From positions 1,568,001-1,632,000 of the forward strand of contig CBDANF010000003.1 of the NCBI GenBank assembly GCA_965197475.1: 64,000 bases of DNA, given 5' to 3'. The notes under the pieces are model-generated. The model searched no databases. It saw nothing but the letters and a program-made list of their open reading frames with translations, and was not told the DNA's origin. The stretch comes from Candidatus Poribacteria bacterium. GTDB lineage: Bacteria > Poribacteria > WGA-4E > WGA-3G. Positions 8,894 through 19,321 of this stretch are shown here, in pieces. Each line of letters starts with the position of its first letter. Within the stretch, counting starts at the first letter, position 1. The translations under genes and the position numbers were made by a program.

Positions 8894-10927
8894 TCAAAAC
8901 TTTATCGTCAATTCACCAAGGAACTGCCGCGCTTGATTGCGGCTCCCAAAAACCTCATAGAGATCGCCTGAGACATCGTAAAATTTGCGGATAAAATTGC
9001 GGCTTGTTTCAGCAGGATTGAGGTCCGCATAGCGGAACCATAAGTTCGTCCGTGACCAGATATCCCAATTGATCTCAAAAACTGTTGAGTTGGCATCGCC
9101 AGTATCAATTCTGTGCTGTTTATTTAGATCAGGAAAAAGCGCGTCCTGTGTCAAATCTGAGGTGCCGTCAATACGTCCAACGGACAAGTTTAATTCCTTA
9201 TACCGATACGGATTAGGATTGGTGATATACTTCAAATTTACAGCAAACGCATTTTCTAACGCCTGTGTCTCAAAGTCAAAACTATCCTCTATTTTGGCAG
9301 GGGTAGTATACCGCTCGTCCTGTTCTCCATACGTCAGTTCATCAAGGAAAGTTAAATGCCACCGTTCAGAAAGACTATACGTCCACCCGAATAGATTTTT
9401 AAGTTCCAACTGATTAAGCTCATCTTGGACATCGGTTGAAAAGTCAATGTCTTCGTAATCTTCCAAATAGTTGTTACTAATATTAGCGACGCGGGTACTA
9501 TAAAAGCCGTTCATGTGAGAAGGTTTTACAGTAAATCCGGTGACAGAATATTGTGTGATGGTGAAATCGCTGGTGTCTCGCAGGTAGAGATAGCCTGATG
9601 AGTCAAAATCAAGAAAAGTTAGGTCGTGCTTTTGCTCACTCAGCTGGTCTGTTTCATAAATAATTCGTCCAATATACCTACCGTTATTGTCAAATTTCTG
9701 AACGCGTGAGATAACGTTATGAAAAAGTGTCAGTCGGATGTCTGCCCGTTTTAGTTCTTCAGCGAGTTCCTCATCATTTTCTGTTTTTTCATCGTCAAAA
9801 TACCGACGATATTCTGCTTCTTCAAGCAGCCGCAAACGTCTGTTTAGAGAAGTCGCATCATCTGCTGCTGTAGGATTTTGAGCAAACGGACCGTATTGCG
9901 GACGGGTCGCATTCGTAATCGTATCTGCAAGATCAGCTTGACCGGGCGTACTCTCCGTCAACTGCGTTAATGTTGGCGAAAGCGCGATAACCTCAGGCAA
10001 TCCGCCAATTTTCCTACGGAATCGGCTTGCATCCTTAACTAAAACCTCACCTGTCGGCAGTGCAACAAGTGCCATCGGTTTGACAAACTCACCGTTATTC
10101 CGTCCTTTTTTGCCAAAACTATGGACAAAATTTCCATCAGTATCAAATTTAACAATGCGGTGATTTCCTGTATCTGCAACAAAGACGTTTCCGCGAGCGT
10201 CAATTGCTATGTCCGCAGCGTCTCTATCAAATTCACCCTCTCCCGCGCCATACTGACCGAATGTCCGTATTTTTTTGCCATCGGCACCGAACTTATGGAC
10301 ACGTCCCCGTTTTGAGTCCAAAACGTAGAGTTGGCTCTGAGTATTGACAGCAACGCGGAGGGCACGGTCGTGTCCAGTAGGTTGTATCCCGAATGCTGTT
10401 TTACCATCTATATCTACCATTAGTTTTGCGGGTAAAACTACACCTGGGCGTTCGTCAACAGGGTCGACAAAATAGGTATGTAAAAGTTCACCTGTTGCAC
10501 TGAATTTGTAGACACATGGGACAAAAATATATATTTTCGGGTCGGTAGTTTCGGCAATGTGGTGTGCGGTTACATCTGCGACATAGATATTTCCGATGTC
10601 ATCTACAGCGAGGTGTCCCGGTTTCCGTAAAATATTATTGGGAGATTCTGGATCCGCAGGGATTTGTAAGAGAAATTCCCCTGTCGGTGAAAGTTTCTGA
10701 ATAAGCCGATTTTCTGTATCACTGACGTAGATATTCTGTTTAAATGCAAGGTGAATGTCTTTGCTAAAGGCACCTTGAGATGTTCCTTTGCCTGAAAATT
10801 CACGTTCTAATTTAACAAAATCTACTGCAAAAGCAGAATTTAAATATGCGATTTGAAAAAGGAGTGTAATTGTGAAAAAAAGCAGGATGGAAAATTGAAA
10901 AGTTTTCGTGGCGATTATTTTATTCAT
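8894..10927 (-). CDS. Secreted NHL-repeat beta-propeller protein with a probable C-terminal outer-membrane barrel
   Basis: Signal peptide; repeats IYVSDTENRLIQK, IYVADV, VFVADTGNHRIVKF, FGKKGRNNGEF; amphipathic-strand C-terminus ending LTIKF. Confidence 0.8.
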   Translation of the reverse strand: MNKIIATKTFQFSILLFFTITLLFQIAYLNSAFAVDFVKLEREFSGKGTSQGAFSKDIHLAFKQNIYVSDTENRLIQKLSPTGEFLLQIPADPESPNNILRKPGHLAVDDIGNIYVADVTAHHIAETTDPKIYIFVPCVYKFSATGELLHTYFVDPVDERPGVVLPAKLMVDIDGKTAFGIQPTGHDRALRVAVNTQSQLYVLDSKRGRVHKFGADGKKIRTFGQYGAGEGEFDRDAADIAIDARGNVFVADTGNHRIVKFDTDGNFVHSFGKKGRNNGEFVKPMALVALPTGEVLVKDASRFRRKIGGLPEVIALSPTLTQLTESTPGQADLADTITNATRPQYGPFAQNPTAADDATSLNRRLRLLEEAEYRRYFDDEKTENDEELAEELKRADIRLTLFHNVISRVQKFDNNGRYIGRIIYETDQLSEQKHDLTFLDFDSSGYLYLRDTSDFTITQYSVTGFTVKPSHMNGFYSTRVANISNNYLEDYEDIDFSTDVQDELNQLELKNLFGWTYSLSERWHLTFLDELTYGEQDERYTTPAKIEDSFDFETQALENAFAVNLKYITNPNPYRYKELNLSVGRIDGTSDLTQDALFPDLNKQHRIDTGDANSTVFEINWDIWSRTNLWFRYADLNPAETSRNFIRKFYDVSGDLYEVFGSRNQARQFLGELTIKF

Positions 10928-11125
10928 GCTTAACCTTTGCTGTTTTTGTTATATAATACCAGTTATCTGTTTGGATGTCAAGGGTGAAATTAAATGGTGC
11001 AAAGCGGGAGCCTAATTATCTTATCCGAATTATATTGCGTAAAAACGTCCAAAATGTTATTATTGTCTTATCAAGATTTCTTGATCGTAATACCTTCTTC
11101 CATATTTGCCAAGGAGGAAATTGTA

Positions 11126-11969
11126 ATGAAAAAACTATTGTTTCTTCTAATACTAATGATGGTTAGCATTACGATGAATGTCCTTGCACAATCTTCCACT
11201 ATAGTGACAGATGGATTGATAAGTTATTGGACGTTTGACAAACAAGATATTACGAACGGCACAGTTAATGATGTCTGGGGTAAAAACAACGGTGCGATTG
11301 TTGGAGATCCAAAAATTGTTGACGGTCAGGTTAGGGGTGCATTAGAATTTGATGGTTCAGACGATTATGTTAACCTGACTAACCTCGGCAATTTTGGCAG
11401 CCATGTCGGCTCATCAACATTCGAAGCATGGGTCAAAACAGACTTCAAGAAGGATTGGACAACACTTTTTAAAGTTCTTGATGATGGTTGCAATATGGCG
11501 TGGGCACTTGATGTCAACCGAAGTGCGAAAGCCGGTTTTCTTTTTGCTCAAGATATTGTTCACTACTATGTCCGTCATCAAGCTGCCGCAGGATGCATTG
11601 ATATTGCTGTTGAAATTGAGTTCGAACTATCGGATGGAAAGTGGCATCACGGCGTTTTTTGCGATTGAGGATGCGGGTGAACCAAAAATCAGTATCTATA
11701 TGGATGGCAATCCACAGGAAGTAATTGTTGGGAAAGAATCAAAGTTAGATAACTTTGTACCGTTTGTGCGACCTGTCTATATCGGTGCAGCGAACAATCG
11801 TGGCAACGTAGAAAGGTTCTTTCCCGGCGTGATTGATGAAGTCCGTATTTACGACCGTTCCCTCACAGCAGATGAAGTGATCCAGAACTTTGGATCCAAA
11901 GTTGGACTCGGTGTTGAACCTACAGATAAATTGCCGATTATGTGGGGAAAACTGAAATCAACATTTTAG
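11126..11969 (+). pseudogene. LamG-like jellyroll protein, frameshifted in a T run at about 11655-11660
   Basis: LISYWTFD, GALEFDGSDDYV, DGKWHH, GVIDEVRIYDRSLT; six T where five would keep the frame; C-terminal VEPTDKLPIMWGKLKS. Confidence 0.8.
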
Positions 11970-12107
11970 GTATACTCATATTCCTCAACCGGTAATTTGG
12001 AACTGACTATTTTTAATTATACCACGAGACACCACTTAAACATTAAGACATCTTAATCGTCTTAATTTTACAAAATTACATATAATTTGGGTAGGAGGAA
12101 TAAAAAT

Positions 12108-13424
12108 TTGCGTTATTGCAAACCGATTTTTTATCGGCTATTTATCTTTTTTCTTTTAGTTGCCATTCCGATGTCCGCAACCGCCAGCGATTGGCCAAGT
12201 TGGCGTGGACCAAATCAAGATGGCACATCTGCAGAAACAGGGCTAATATCTAATTGGTCAGTTGGAGGTGAAAACCTTCTTTGGCAAGCAGATTTTATAG
12301 GACGTTCCACACCGGTTGTGCTCAACGGCAGGGTCTACGTCATTGGGCGCGTCGGCGAAGATATTACGCAACAAGAACGTATCGCATGTTTTGATGCAAA
12401 AACTGGCGATCTTGTGTGGAATCATCAAATTAACGTTTTTCACACCACAATTTCTTTCAATCGAGTTGGTTGGACAAACCCTGTTGGCGATACGGAAACC
12501 GGTAATATTTACATACACGGTGTCCAGGGACTTTTCATCTGCTTCAACAAAGATGGAGATATTGTTTGGTCACGTTCACTCACAGAAGAATATGGACGAA
12601 TATCTGGCTACGGCGGACGTGTTCACACCCCGATTATTGCAGGCAACCTTGTGGTTGTCAGTTATCTGAACGCAGGTTGGGGCGATCAATCTATTCCACG
12701 ACACCGCTATTTTGCTTTTGATAAACGGAACGGCGACCTAATTTGGGTCTCAACACCTGGTGGTAGACCGCTTGATACGACTTACTCTACCCCAGTAGTT
12801 GCGCAGATTAATGGGCAAATGCTCATCATCGGTGGCAATGCTGACGGTGGTATCTACGCTATGAAACAAACCACTGGAGAGATGGTTTGGGGATTTAAAC
12901 TGAGTAAGCGCGGTATCAATACGTCCGTGATCATTGCTGGCACAAAGATTTACGCTACACATAGTGAAGAAAATGTAGATACCACTGAAATGGGACGTGT
13001 CGTCTGTATTGATGCAACTGGCACGGGGGATGTCACCAAATCACATGAAGTTTGGCGATATAATGCTGTTAACGTTGGATATGCTTCCCCAACGCTCAAA
13101 GATGGACAACTCTACGTCGTTGATAACTCAGCGAATATCCATTCTCTGAATCCTGAAACCGGTGAGGTCTTATGGCAGCACAGTATTGGAACCGTTGGAA
13201 AAGGTTCACCTGTCTGGGCCGATGGGAAATTGTACGTTACCGAAGTCAACGGTAAATTTCATATCCTTCAACCGGGGGCGGACAAATGTGAGTCATTGAG
13301 TGTCCAAGAAATCAACCGAGTAAGTGATGATCAATACGTTGAAATCTACGGTTCGCCCGCAATTGCCGATGGACGTATCTATTTCACAACAGAAGAACGG
13401 ATCTACTGTATCGGGAGGAAATAA
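12108..13424 (+). CDS. Exported PQQ-like (BamB-type) beta-propeller protein
   Basis: Signal peptide, DWPSWRGP start, repeated STPVV / TGxLVW blades; AGGAGG upstream of TTG 12108. Confidence 0.85.
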   Translation: MRYCKPIFYRLFIFFLLVAIPMSATASDWPSWRGPNQDGTSAETGLISNWSVGGENLLWQADFIGRSTPVVLNGRVYVIGRVGEDITQQERIACFDAKTGDLVWNHQINVFHTTISFNRVGWTNPVGDTETGNIYIHGVQGLFICFNKDGDIVWSRSLTEEYGRISGYGGRVHTPIIAGNLVVVSYLNAGWGDQSIPRHRYFAFDKRNGDLIWVSTPGGRPLDTTYSTPVVAQINGQMLIIGGNADGGIYAMKQTTGEMVWGFKLSKRGINTSVIIAGTKIYATHSEENVDTTEMGRVVCIDATGTGDVTKSHEVWRYNAVNVGYASPTLKDGQLYVVDNSANIHSLNPETGEVLWQHSIGTVGKGSPVWADGKLYVTEVNGKFHILQPGADKCESLSVQEINRVSDDQYVEIYGSPAIADGRIYFTTEERIYCIGRK

Positions 13425-14377
13425 TGAAGAAAATTTGTTTCACAACAAGGCAGATAGATTGTGTTTTCGGACAATATATGTTATACGCAAGCTTGATAAT
13501 CTGCCTTTTTGCTGTTGGTTGTGCCAGTAAAGAGATTGCCACGTCAACAATGAGTACTGAACCAGCTGTCGCACTTCTGCTCACTCCTGCCGAAACTATT
13601 ACATCTGGTGACCCTGTTGAATTCAACGTCACCGGATTTGATGTAAACGGAAAACGGACAAGCGCAATTGGTCCAATAGAATGGACGCTCACAGGTTTAA
13701 AAGGCACGGTTAAAGATAGTAAATTTATCCTTGATAAAAGTGCTGGAGCACATGCTGGTTCAGTCACTATACAATCAGGCGAGATGATGGCGACATCACG
13801 AATTCGTGTAATCCCACCACTGCCGTGGTCAGAAGACTTTGAGGCGGTTGAACTTGAAAAAATTCCTACACACTGGATCAGTGCGACTAGCAAATTTTTT
13901 GTTCGTGAAAAAGATGGTAATAAGGTGTTAGTTAAAACGCCTGTCCAGCGTGGCTTGAACCGTTCTAACGTTTTTCTCGGCCTTTCGAATATGAAAAATT
14001 ATCAAATTCAGGTTGATCTGATGGGAACAAAGGACCGCCGCCGACTACCAGATATGGGCTTAATTGCAAACCGATATACATTGGACATGCAGGGTAGACA
14101 TCAACGGCTGCAAATCCGGTCATGGGCATCCGACTTACGTATGGCAAAAACGATAGACTTTTCTTGGGATGTTGATATCTGGTATACCATGAAGATGAAG
14201 GTAGAAGTTATCGCTGATAAAGCGGTAATTAGTGGTAAGGTGTGGCGCACCGGTCAACCTGAACCGAATGAATGGACGATTACTGCCGAAGACCCGCTTC
14301 CAAATAGCGAAGGTAGTCCTGGCATCTACGGTTATTCCCCAACAATAATCTATTACGATAATTTAAAGGTATGGTGA
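13424..14377 (+). CDS. Lipoprotein with Ig-like and concanavalin/DUF1080-like domains
   Basis: Lipobox AVGC; PLPWSEDFE, WYTMKMKV and GKVW...EP..W motifs; translationally coupled to the upstream gene. Confidence 0.6.
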   Translation: MKKICFTTRQIDCVFGQYMLYASLIICLFAVGCASKEIATSTMSTEPAVALLLTPAETITSGDPVEFNVTGFDVNGKRTSAIGPIEWTLTGLKGTVKDSKFILDKSAGAHAGSVTIQSGEMMATSRIRVIPPLPWSEDFEAVELEKIPTHWISATSKFFVREKDGNKVLVKTPVQRGLNRSNVFLGLSNMKNYQIQVDLMGTKDRRRLPDMGLIANRYTLDMQGRHQRLQIRSWASDLRMAKTIDFSWDVDIWYTMKMKVEVIADKAVISGKVWRTGQPEPNEWTITAEDPLPNSEGSPGIYGYSPTIIYYDNLKVW

Positions 14378-14380
14378 TAT

Positions 14381-15973
14381 ATGATTTTAGAAAATAGAAG
14401 CGGTGCCAAAGGCATCGCGACGCTTGCAGGTGTGTTGGGTAAACACAATCGCTTTTTAGGTGGTACGGCAAAGACATTTAATTTTTCCGGATCCTGCCGA
14501 CACACCTCAGCACAGAACTTTAACAATGGATTGCGTTTATCTTCGCCAATCCTTTTTATCTTGATGTTCGGGATGCTTTTTAGCTTTGCCCTGTCTGATG
14601 TGGCGGCTGAAAAGGAAATTGCTTTGTGGGGAGGCTCATTAAGCCGTAACATGGTCTCAGATGAGAAAAATATCCTCGCAAATTGGGATCTTGAAACTGG
14701 TAAAAATATTAAATGGACTGTGGACCTCGGATCACAAAGTTACGCGGGTCCCCTCATCAGCGGTGGCAAGATTTTTGTCGGAACTAATAACGAAGCACCA
14801 CGGAATCCAAAATTGACAGGTGATCGAGGCATCATCATGGCATTTAACGAATCCGATGGAAAATTTCTGTGGCAAATCACCCATACGAAATTGCCCTCTG
14901 GACGCGTAAACGATTGGCCGCTACAAGGTATCTGTTCAACCCCGTTTATTGAAGGCGATCGGTTATACTACGTTTCTAACCGTTGTGAGGTTGTCTGTAT
15001 TGATACCGAAGGATTCCTTGATGGCGAGAACGACGGTCCCTTCATGGAAGAAGCTGAAACAAGCAAGATTGATGGAGACATCATCTGGAGTTACGATATG
15101 ATGTACGAGCTGGATGTTTTTCCGCACAACCTTGCTACCTGCTCTCCACTTGTGGTCGGTGATCTGCTCTTCTTGGAAACAAGCAACGGTGTTGATGAAG
15201 GACATTTTCACATTCCTTCTCCGGATGCACCGAGTTTTATCGCATTGAATAAAAACACTGGCGAACTTGTTTGGGAAGACGCATCCCCCGGCGAAAATAT
15301 ACTACACGGACAGTGGTCAAACCCTTCTTATGGTGTTATCAAAGGTGTGCCGCAGGTTGTTATTCCAGGTGGCGATGGTTGGGTCTATGCGTTTGAACCG
15401 GAAACCGGCAAGATCATCTGGAAGTTTGACTGCAACCCAAAAGATACTGTTTGGGAACTCGGTGCAAGGGGTACACGAAACAACATCATCTCAACACCTG
15501 TCGTGCATGATGACAAAGTTTTTTTAGCAGTTGGGCAAGACCCAGAGCACGGTGAAGGCGTGGGACATCTCTGGTGCATTGATGCTTCACAGACAGGAGA
15601 TATTACTTCTACTGCCTCCATCTGGCACTTTGGTGATGAGCAATTCAATCGCACGATGTCAACTGTTGCTATCCATGATGGACTTCTTTATATTTCTGAC
15701 CTAAGTGGATTCCTCTACTGCTTGGATGCAAACACTGCCGACCTTTACTGGATACACGACACCTACGCTGCTATCTGGGGTTCACCTTATGTTGTTGATG
15801 GCAAGGTCTACCTTGGCGATGCAGATGGCGATGTTGTTATCCTAAAAGCAGGTAAAACTAAGGAAGTGCTGTTTGAAACTAACATGGGCAGTGCTGTTTA
15901 TACGACACCTGTAGCAAAAGACGGTGTGCTTTACATCGTAACTCGTAATCGGTTGATTGCAATTGCAGAATAG
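14381..15973 (+). CDS. Exported PQQ-like beta-propeller protein
   Basis: NIKWTVDLGSQSYAGP, GICSTP, TGELVW, WGSPYV blades; a hydrophobic signal segment follows a roughly 50-aa N-terminal extension, so the start is uncertain. Confidence 0.85.
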   Translation: MILENRSGAKGIATLAGVLGKHNRFLGGTAKTFNFSGSCRHTSAQNFNNGLRLSSPILFILMFGMLFSFALSDVAAEKEIALWGGSLSRNMVSDEKNILANWDLETGKNIKWTVDLGSQSYAGPLISGGKIFVGTNNEAPRNPKLTGDRGIIMAFNESDGKFLWQITHTKLPSGRVNDWPLQGICSTPFIEGDRLYYVSNRCEVVCIDTEGFLDGENDGPFMEEAETSKIDGDIIWSYDMMYELDVFPHNLATCSPLVVGDLLFLETSNGVDEGHFHIPSPDAPSFIALNKNTGELVWEDASPGENILHGQWSNPSYGVIKGVPQVVIPGGDGWVYAFEPETGKIIWKFDCNPKDTVWELGARGTRNNIISTPVVHDDKVFLAVGQDPEHGEGVGHLWCIDASQTGDITSTASIWHFGDEQFNRTMSTVAIHDGLLYISDLSGFLYCLDANTADLYWIHDTYAAIWGSPYVVDGKVYLGDADGDVVILKAGKTKEVLFETNMGSAVYTTPVAKDGVLYIVTRNRLIAIAE

Positions 15974-16032
15974 GAAACGGCTTATACCAGAATCATTTGG
16001 GGTCTCTTTCATATCTTGAGAGGTACTATCAC

Positions 16033-16638
16033 ATGGCGTATAGTAACTTTACTTTACCAGCTGCACGGGCAGCATTTCAATTACAAGAGATTGATACCGC
16101 TGGCATCTTTTCTGATGTAGAACCGCTGATCCCGAGTAAACTTCTTACGGCACTCTTAGCGCGAAATATACCACTAGCCACCGCTATCGGCACCGAGAAA
16201 GCGAAGTCAGAACTGATTGTCGCCAATGTACTTGTTGAACTCCGTGAACAGTTAAACCATCGCGTCAGTCTCTTTTCAGGGATTGATTTCAACGTTGATG
16301 ACGAGAATGGACTGACCGGTGTTTGTGATTTTGTGGTAAGCCTTTCACCAGTCCAATTTCATTTGGAAGCACCGATCATTGTCCTTGTTGAAGCAAAAAA
16401 CGATAATCTTGAAATCGGGCTTGGGCAGTGTGCGGCAGAGATGGTTGCTGCCCAACGCTTTAATGCCGAACAAGGGAATGACATTCCTCGCGTTTATGGT
16501 GCTACCACGACAGGCGTTCTTTGGCGGTTCCTCAAATTGGAAGAGCAGAAACTACACATTGACATGGCAGTCCACTCAATTGAGCGGTGTGACAAAATCC
16601 TCGGTATCCTTTCAAGCATGGTGACACAAAAAGCCTGA
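16033..16638 (+). CDS. Conserved hypothetical protein with a restriction-endonuclease-like fold
   Basis: MAYSNFTL, EKAKSELIV, G.CDF, VEAKND...GQC.AEM, YGATTTG.LWRF. Confidence 0.7.
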   Translation: MAYSNFTLPAARAAFQLQEIDTAGIFSDVEPLIPSKLLTALLARNIPLATAIGTEKAKSELIVANVLVELREQLNHRVSLFSGIDFNVDDENGLTGVCDFVVSLSPVQFHLEAPIIVLVEAKNDNLEIGLGQCAAEMVAAQRFNAEQGNDIPRVYGATTTGVLWRFLKLEEQKLHIDMAVHSIERCDKILGILSSMVTQKA

Positions 16639-16779
16639 GTCTGCTTACTGAGCAAGACTTATTGAAACTAACATAAGTAGCCTGTTTATACGACACCTAT
16701 AGTCAAAAATGTGGACTTTATATCGTAATACGTAATAGTTGATTACGATAAAAGAGAATGAAGTGGCTTGGATAACATA

Positions 16780-17051
16780 ATGTATACCAGCCAATTGGAA
16801 TGGGATGACTACCGCGTTGAGCATATCGCAAAACCTGATGTAGAACCTCATGAAGTATGGGAAGTCTGTAATGATAATTCCCATATAGCTGGCATCAAGG
16901 ACGAAACCGCTATCTTGTTTATGGACAGACCATGGATGGACGATATTTATTTGTAGTATTACAGCAAATCCAAAGGTCTGTCTATAAACCAATCACTGCT
17001 CGGAATATGACTGATCGCGAAAAAAGCAATTTTAGGAGGCTCCGAAAATGA
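16780..17051 (+). pseudogene. BrnT-family toxin, frameshifted near 16890
   Basis: LEWDDYRVEHIAK N-half; GQTMDGRYLFVV...PITARNMTDREK C-half in another frame; overlaps the antitoxin start. Confidence 0.75.
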
Positions 17052-17305
17052 AAACGTTGCAGGTGCCGGAATTCTCGACTTATGAAGAAGAAGCTGCTTT
17101 TTGGGATAACTTGGACACCGCCGATTTTATGGAAGACGATGGGCAGTGGTTCCAATTTGATACCAATAAAGTGATTCGTGTAGCAATTCTTCTGGAAATC
17201 GCTGAAGAGCTGACGAAAAAAGCGAATGCACAAGGTGTCTCAATTGAAACCTTAGTCAATGTTCTATTGATAGACCATATTAAGGAGTCAGCTACGACAA
17301 ATTAA
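17048..17305 (+). CDS. BrnA/CopG-like antitoxin
   Basis: PEFSTYEEEAAFWD motif with a C-terminal RHH-like segment. Confidence 0.8.
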   Translation: MKTLQVPEFSTYEEEAAFWDNLDTADFMEDDGQWFQFDTNKVIRVAILLEIAEELTKKANAQGVSIETLVNVLLIDHIKESATTN

Positions 17306-17338
17306 CTACTCAAATTTGGAAACGACAAGCAAAGGAAG

Positions 17339-18436
17339 TTGCGTAAAAGACTTTTAAAGCAAATGAACCTTTCTCAAAAAATTGAAAATGCCCGAACAGC
17401 ACTTGATACGCACGTGCGGGAAATTGTCAACTGGCACTTTAGTCTAGAGACCGGATGTCCCTTCTGGTTGGAATTCGCAGAAAATTTGGATTTTGATCCG
17501 CGTAAAGAGATCGGTGGTTATACCGATCTCAAATGTCTTGGTCGCTTTCAAGACGAATGGCTTCGTGGTGGACCAGTGCGCCGATGGGTCCCCAAGGCAT
17601 ACGCAGACAAACCGGTATACGTTTTTGAAACCGGTGGATCAACAGGCATTCCGAAATCACGCATCAGCATTCGCGATTTCCAAATCGATTATGAGCAGTT
17701 CAGCAAAACGCTTTCTGATGATGGCTTTCCACCCGGTAGCGATTGGTTGATGTTAGGTCCCACCGGACCCCGGCGGTTACGGCTTGCAGTTGAACATCTC
17801 GCGCAACATCGTGGCGGCATCTGTTTCCTTGTTGACCTTGACCCGCGTTGGGTGAATCAACTTGTCCGTTATGGAAAACATCAGGAATTGGACGTATACA
17901 AGAACCACGTTATCTCTCAAGCACTGAACGTCTTAAAAGCACATGAAAACGTTCAGTGTCTTTTCACTACGCCGAAATTGCTTGAGGCTTTGTGTGAGAA
18001 AATTTCATTACAAAAAGTCGGTATCAAAGGCATTTTTTGTGGTGGCACCGAGATGAACGCCCAATTTCACCGTTTTGCTCGCGAAGAACTTGTGCCGGGC
18101 ATTGATTTTGTCCCAACCTACGGTAATACGCTGATGGGTTTGGCCACTTGTAAACCTTTTAATCCCGTTGATAATTATACGATTGTCTATTATCCTCCGC
18201 AACCGCGTGCTGTCATAGAACTGGTAAATCCGCAAAATTCGGATGAGTCTGTTGATTATGGCGAAACCGGACGCGTGATGCTCACGACATTGACAAAAGA
18301 GTTTTTTGTTCCTCGATTTCTTGAGCGAGACGAAGCGGAACGCGCAAAACCGATTCCGGAATACCCTTGGGATGGTGTTGAAAATCTGCGTCTGCTTTCT
18401 GAACTGCAAGAAAGTGTTGTAGTAGGAGTCTATTAA
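17339..18436 (+). CDS. EhpF/GriC-like adenylation protein (LuxE/PaaK superfamily)
   Basis: WHFSLETGCPFW...FDP N-terminus, ETGGSTGIPK AMP loop, DLDPRWV, YGNTL, GRVMLTTL, ERD; start may be ATG 17363. Confidence 0.75.
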   Translation: MRKRLLKQMNLSQKIENARTALDTHVREIVNWHFSLETGCPFWLEFAENLDFDPRKEIGGYTDLKCLGRFQDEWLRGGPVRRWVPKAYADKPVYVFETGGSTGIPKSRISIRDFQIDYEQFSKTLSDDGFPPGSDWLMLGPTGPRRLRLAVEHLAQHRGGICFLVDLDPRWVNQLVRYGKHQELDVYKNHVISQALNVLKAHENVQCLFTTPKLLEALCEKISLQKVGIKGIFCGGTEMNAQFHRFAREELVPGIDFVPTYGNTLMGLATCKPFNPVDNYTIVYYPPQPRAVIELVNPQNSDESVDYGETGRVMLTTLTKEFFVPRFLERDEAERAKPIPEYPWDGVENLRLLSELQESVVVGVY

Positions 18437-18504
18437 ACTTCATGTAACGATTTTAGTTAAGTCATCTTTAGAACGAATCTTGACTATAAAAGAGGAATCT
18501 GAAC

Positions 18505-19206
18505 ATGCCAACAAAAATTGAAAAGGTCTTTCGGTCCCCCTACGCAGTTCCAAACGGATTGCAAGTTACAGATGATGGTTTGTGGATTGTTGACCAGATT
18601 ACTGACAGAGTTGCTTTAGTTGAAATCACCTGTGATCCGGACTATCATGTGCCGAAACTTATCCATGACATTCCAAGCGATTCCTCTAACACCAGCGGTA
18701 TGGCATTCGGTGGAGGGACGCTCTGGTTAGCTGCAAATGGTCCAGGTGATCGCTGGCGTGCTGTCCGCGATACAGATGCCAAACCGGGTACGGGGGAGAT
18801 ATTTCAAGTTGACCCTGACACAGGTGAAACACTTGGGTGCTTTCCTGTCCCGGAGGGCGGCGGCACACACGGTGTGGAATATGATAACTACGATGAAGGG
18901 CATCTCTGGGTACAAACGCTTAAAAATCAGGAAATTCATAAGGTCAGGATATCTGATTGGTCAGTTCAACACACGTTACCTTTACCCTACGGCAGAGCTC
19001 ATGGCACTGTCCGAGTTGACGACGGACTTTGGGTTACCCATACCTCTGATAGACTTATCGTCAAACTGGATCTTGAAGATGGCACCATCCTTGATCAGAT
19101 AGACGTGTCAGAGAATTGCCCTGAACCACACGGTTTATCCATCTACGGTGATGATTTTCTCTATTGTGATGCCGCCTCTGGATGGGTCGCAAAGATTACA
19201 AGGTAG
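18505..19206 (+). CDS. Small beta-propeller protein (Vgb/glutaminyl-cyclase-like)
   Basis: Blade motifs PNGLQ..DGLWIVD, SGMAFGGGTLW, HGVEYD, PHGLSI. Confidence 0.6.
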   Translation: MPTKIEKVFRSPYAVPNGLQVTDDGLWIVDQITDRVALVEITCDPDYHVPKLIHDIPSDSSNTSGMAFGGGTLWLAANGPGDRWRAVRDTDAKPGTGEIFQVDPDTGETLGCFPVPEGGGTHGVEYDNYDEGHLWVQTLKNQEIHKVRISDWSVQHTLPLPYGRAHGTVRVDDGLWVTHTSDRLIVKLDLEDGTILDQIDVSENCPEPHGLSIYGDDFLYCDAASGWVAKITR

Positions 19207-19321
19207 TAGTCACACCATCGGGTTAGAAACCCCTCCCACGATAACATAAGGTAGTAATCATACTCTCTTGTGAGAGCGGTTTTCAACCGCGATATGGTCA
19301 TTATGTAGAAACCTAACAACA

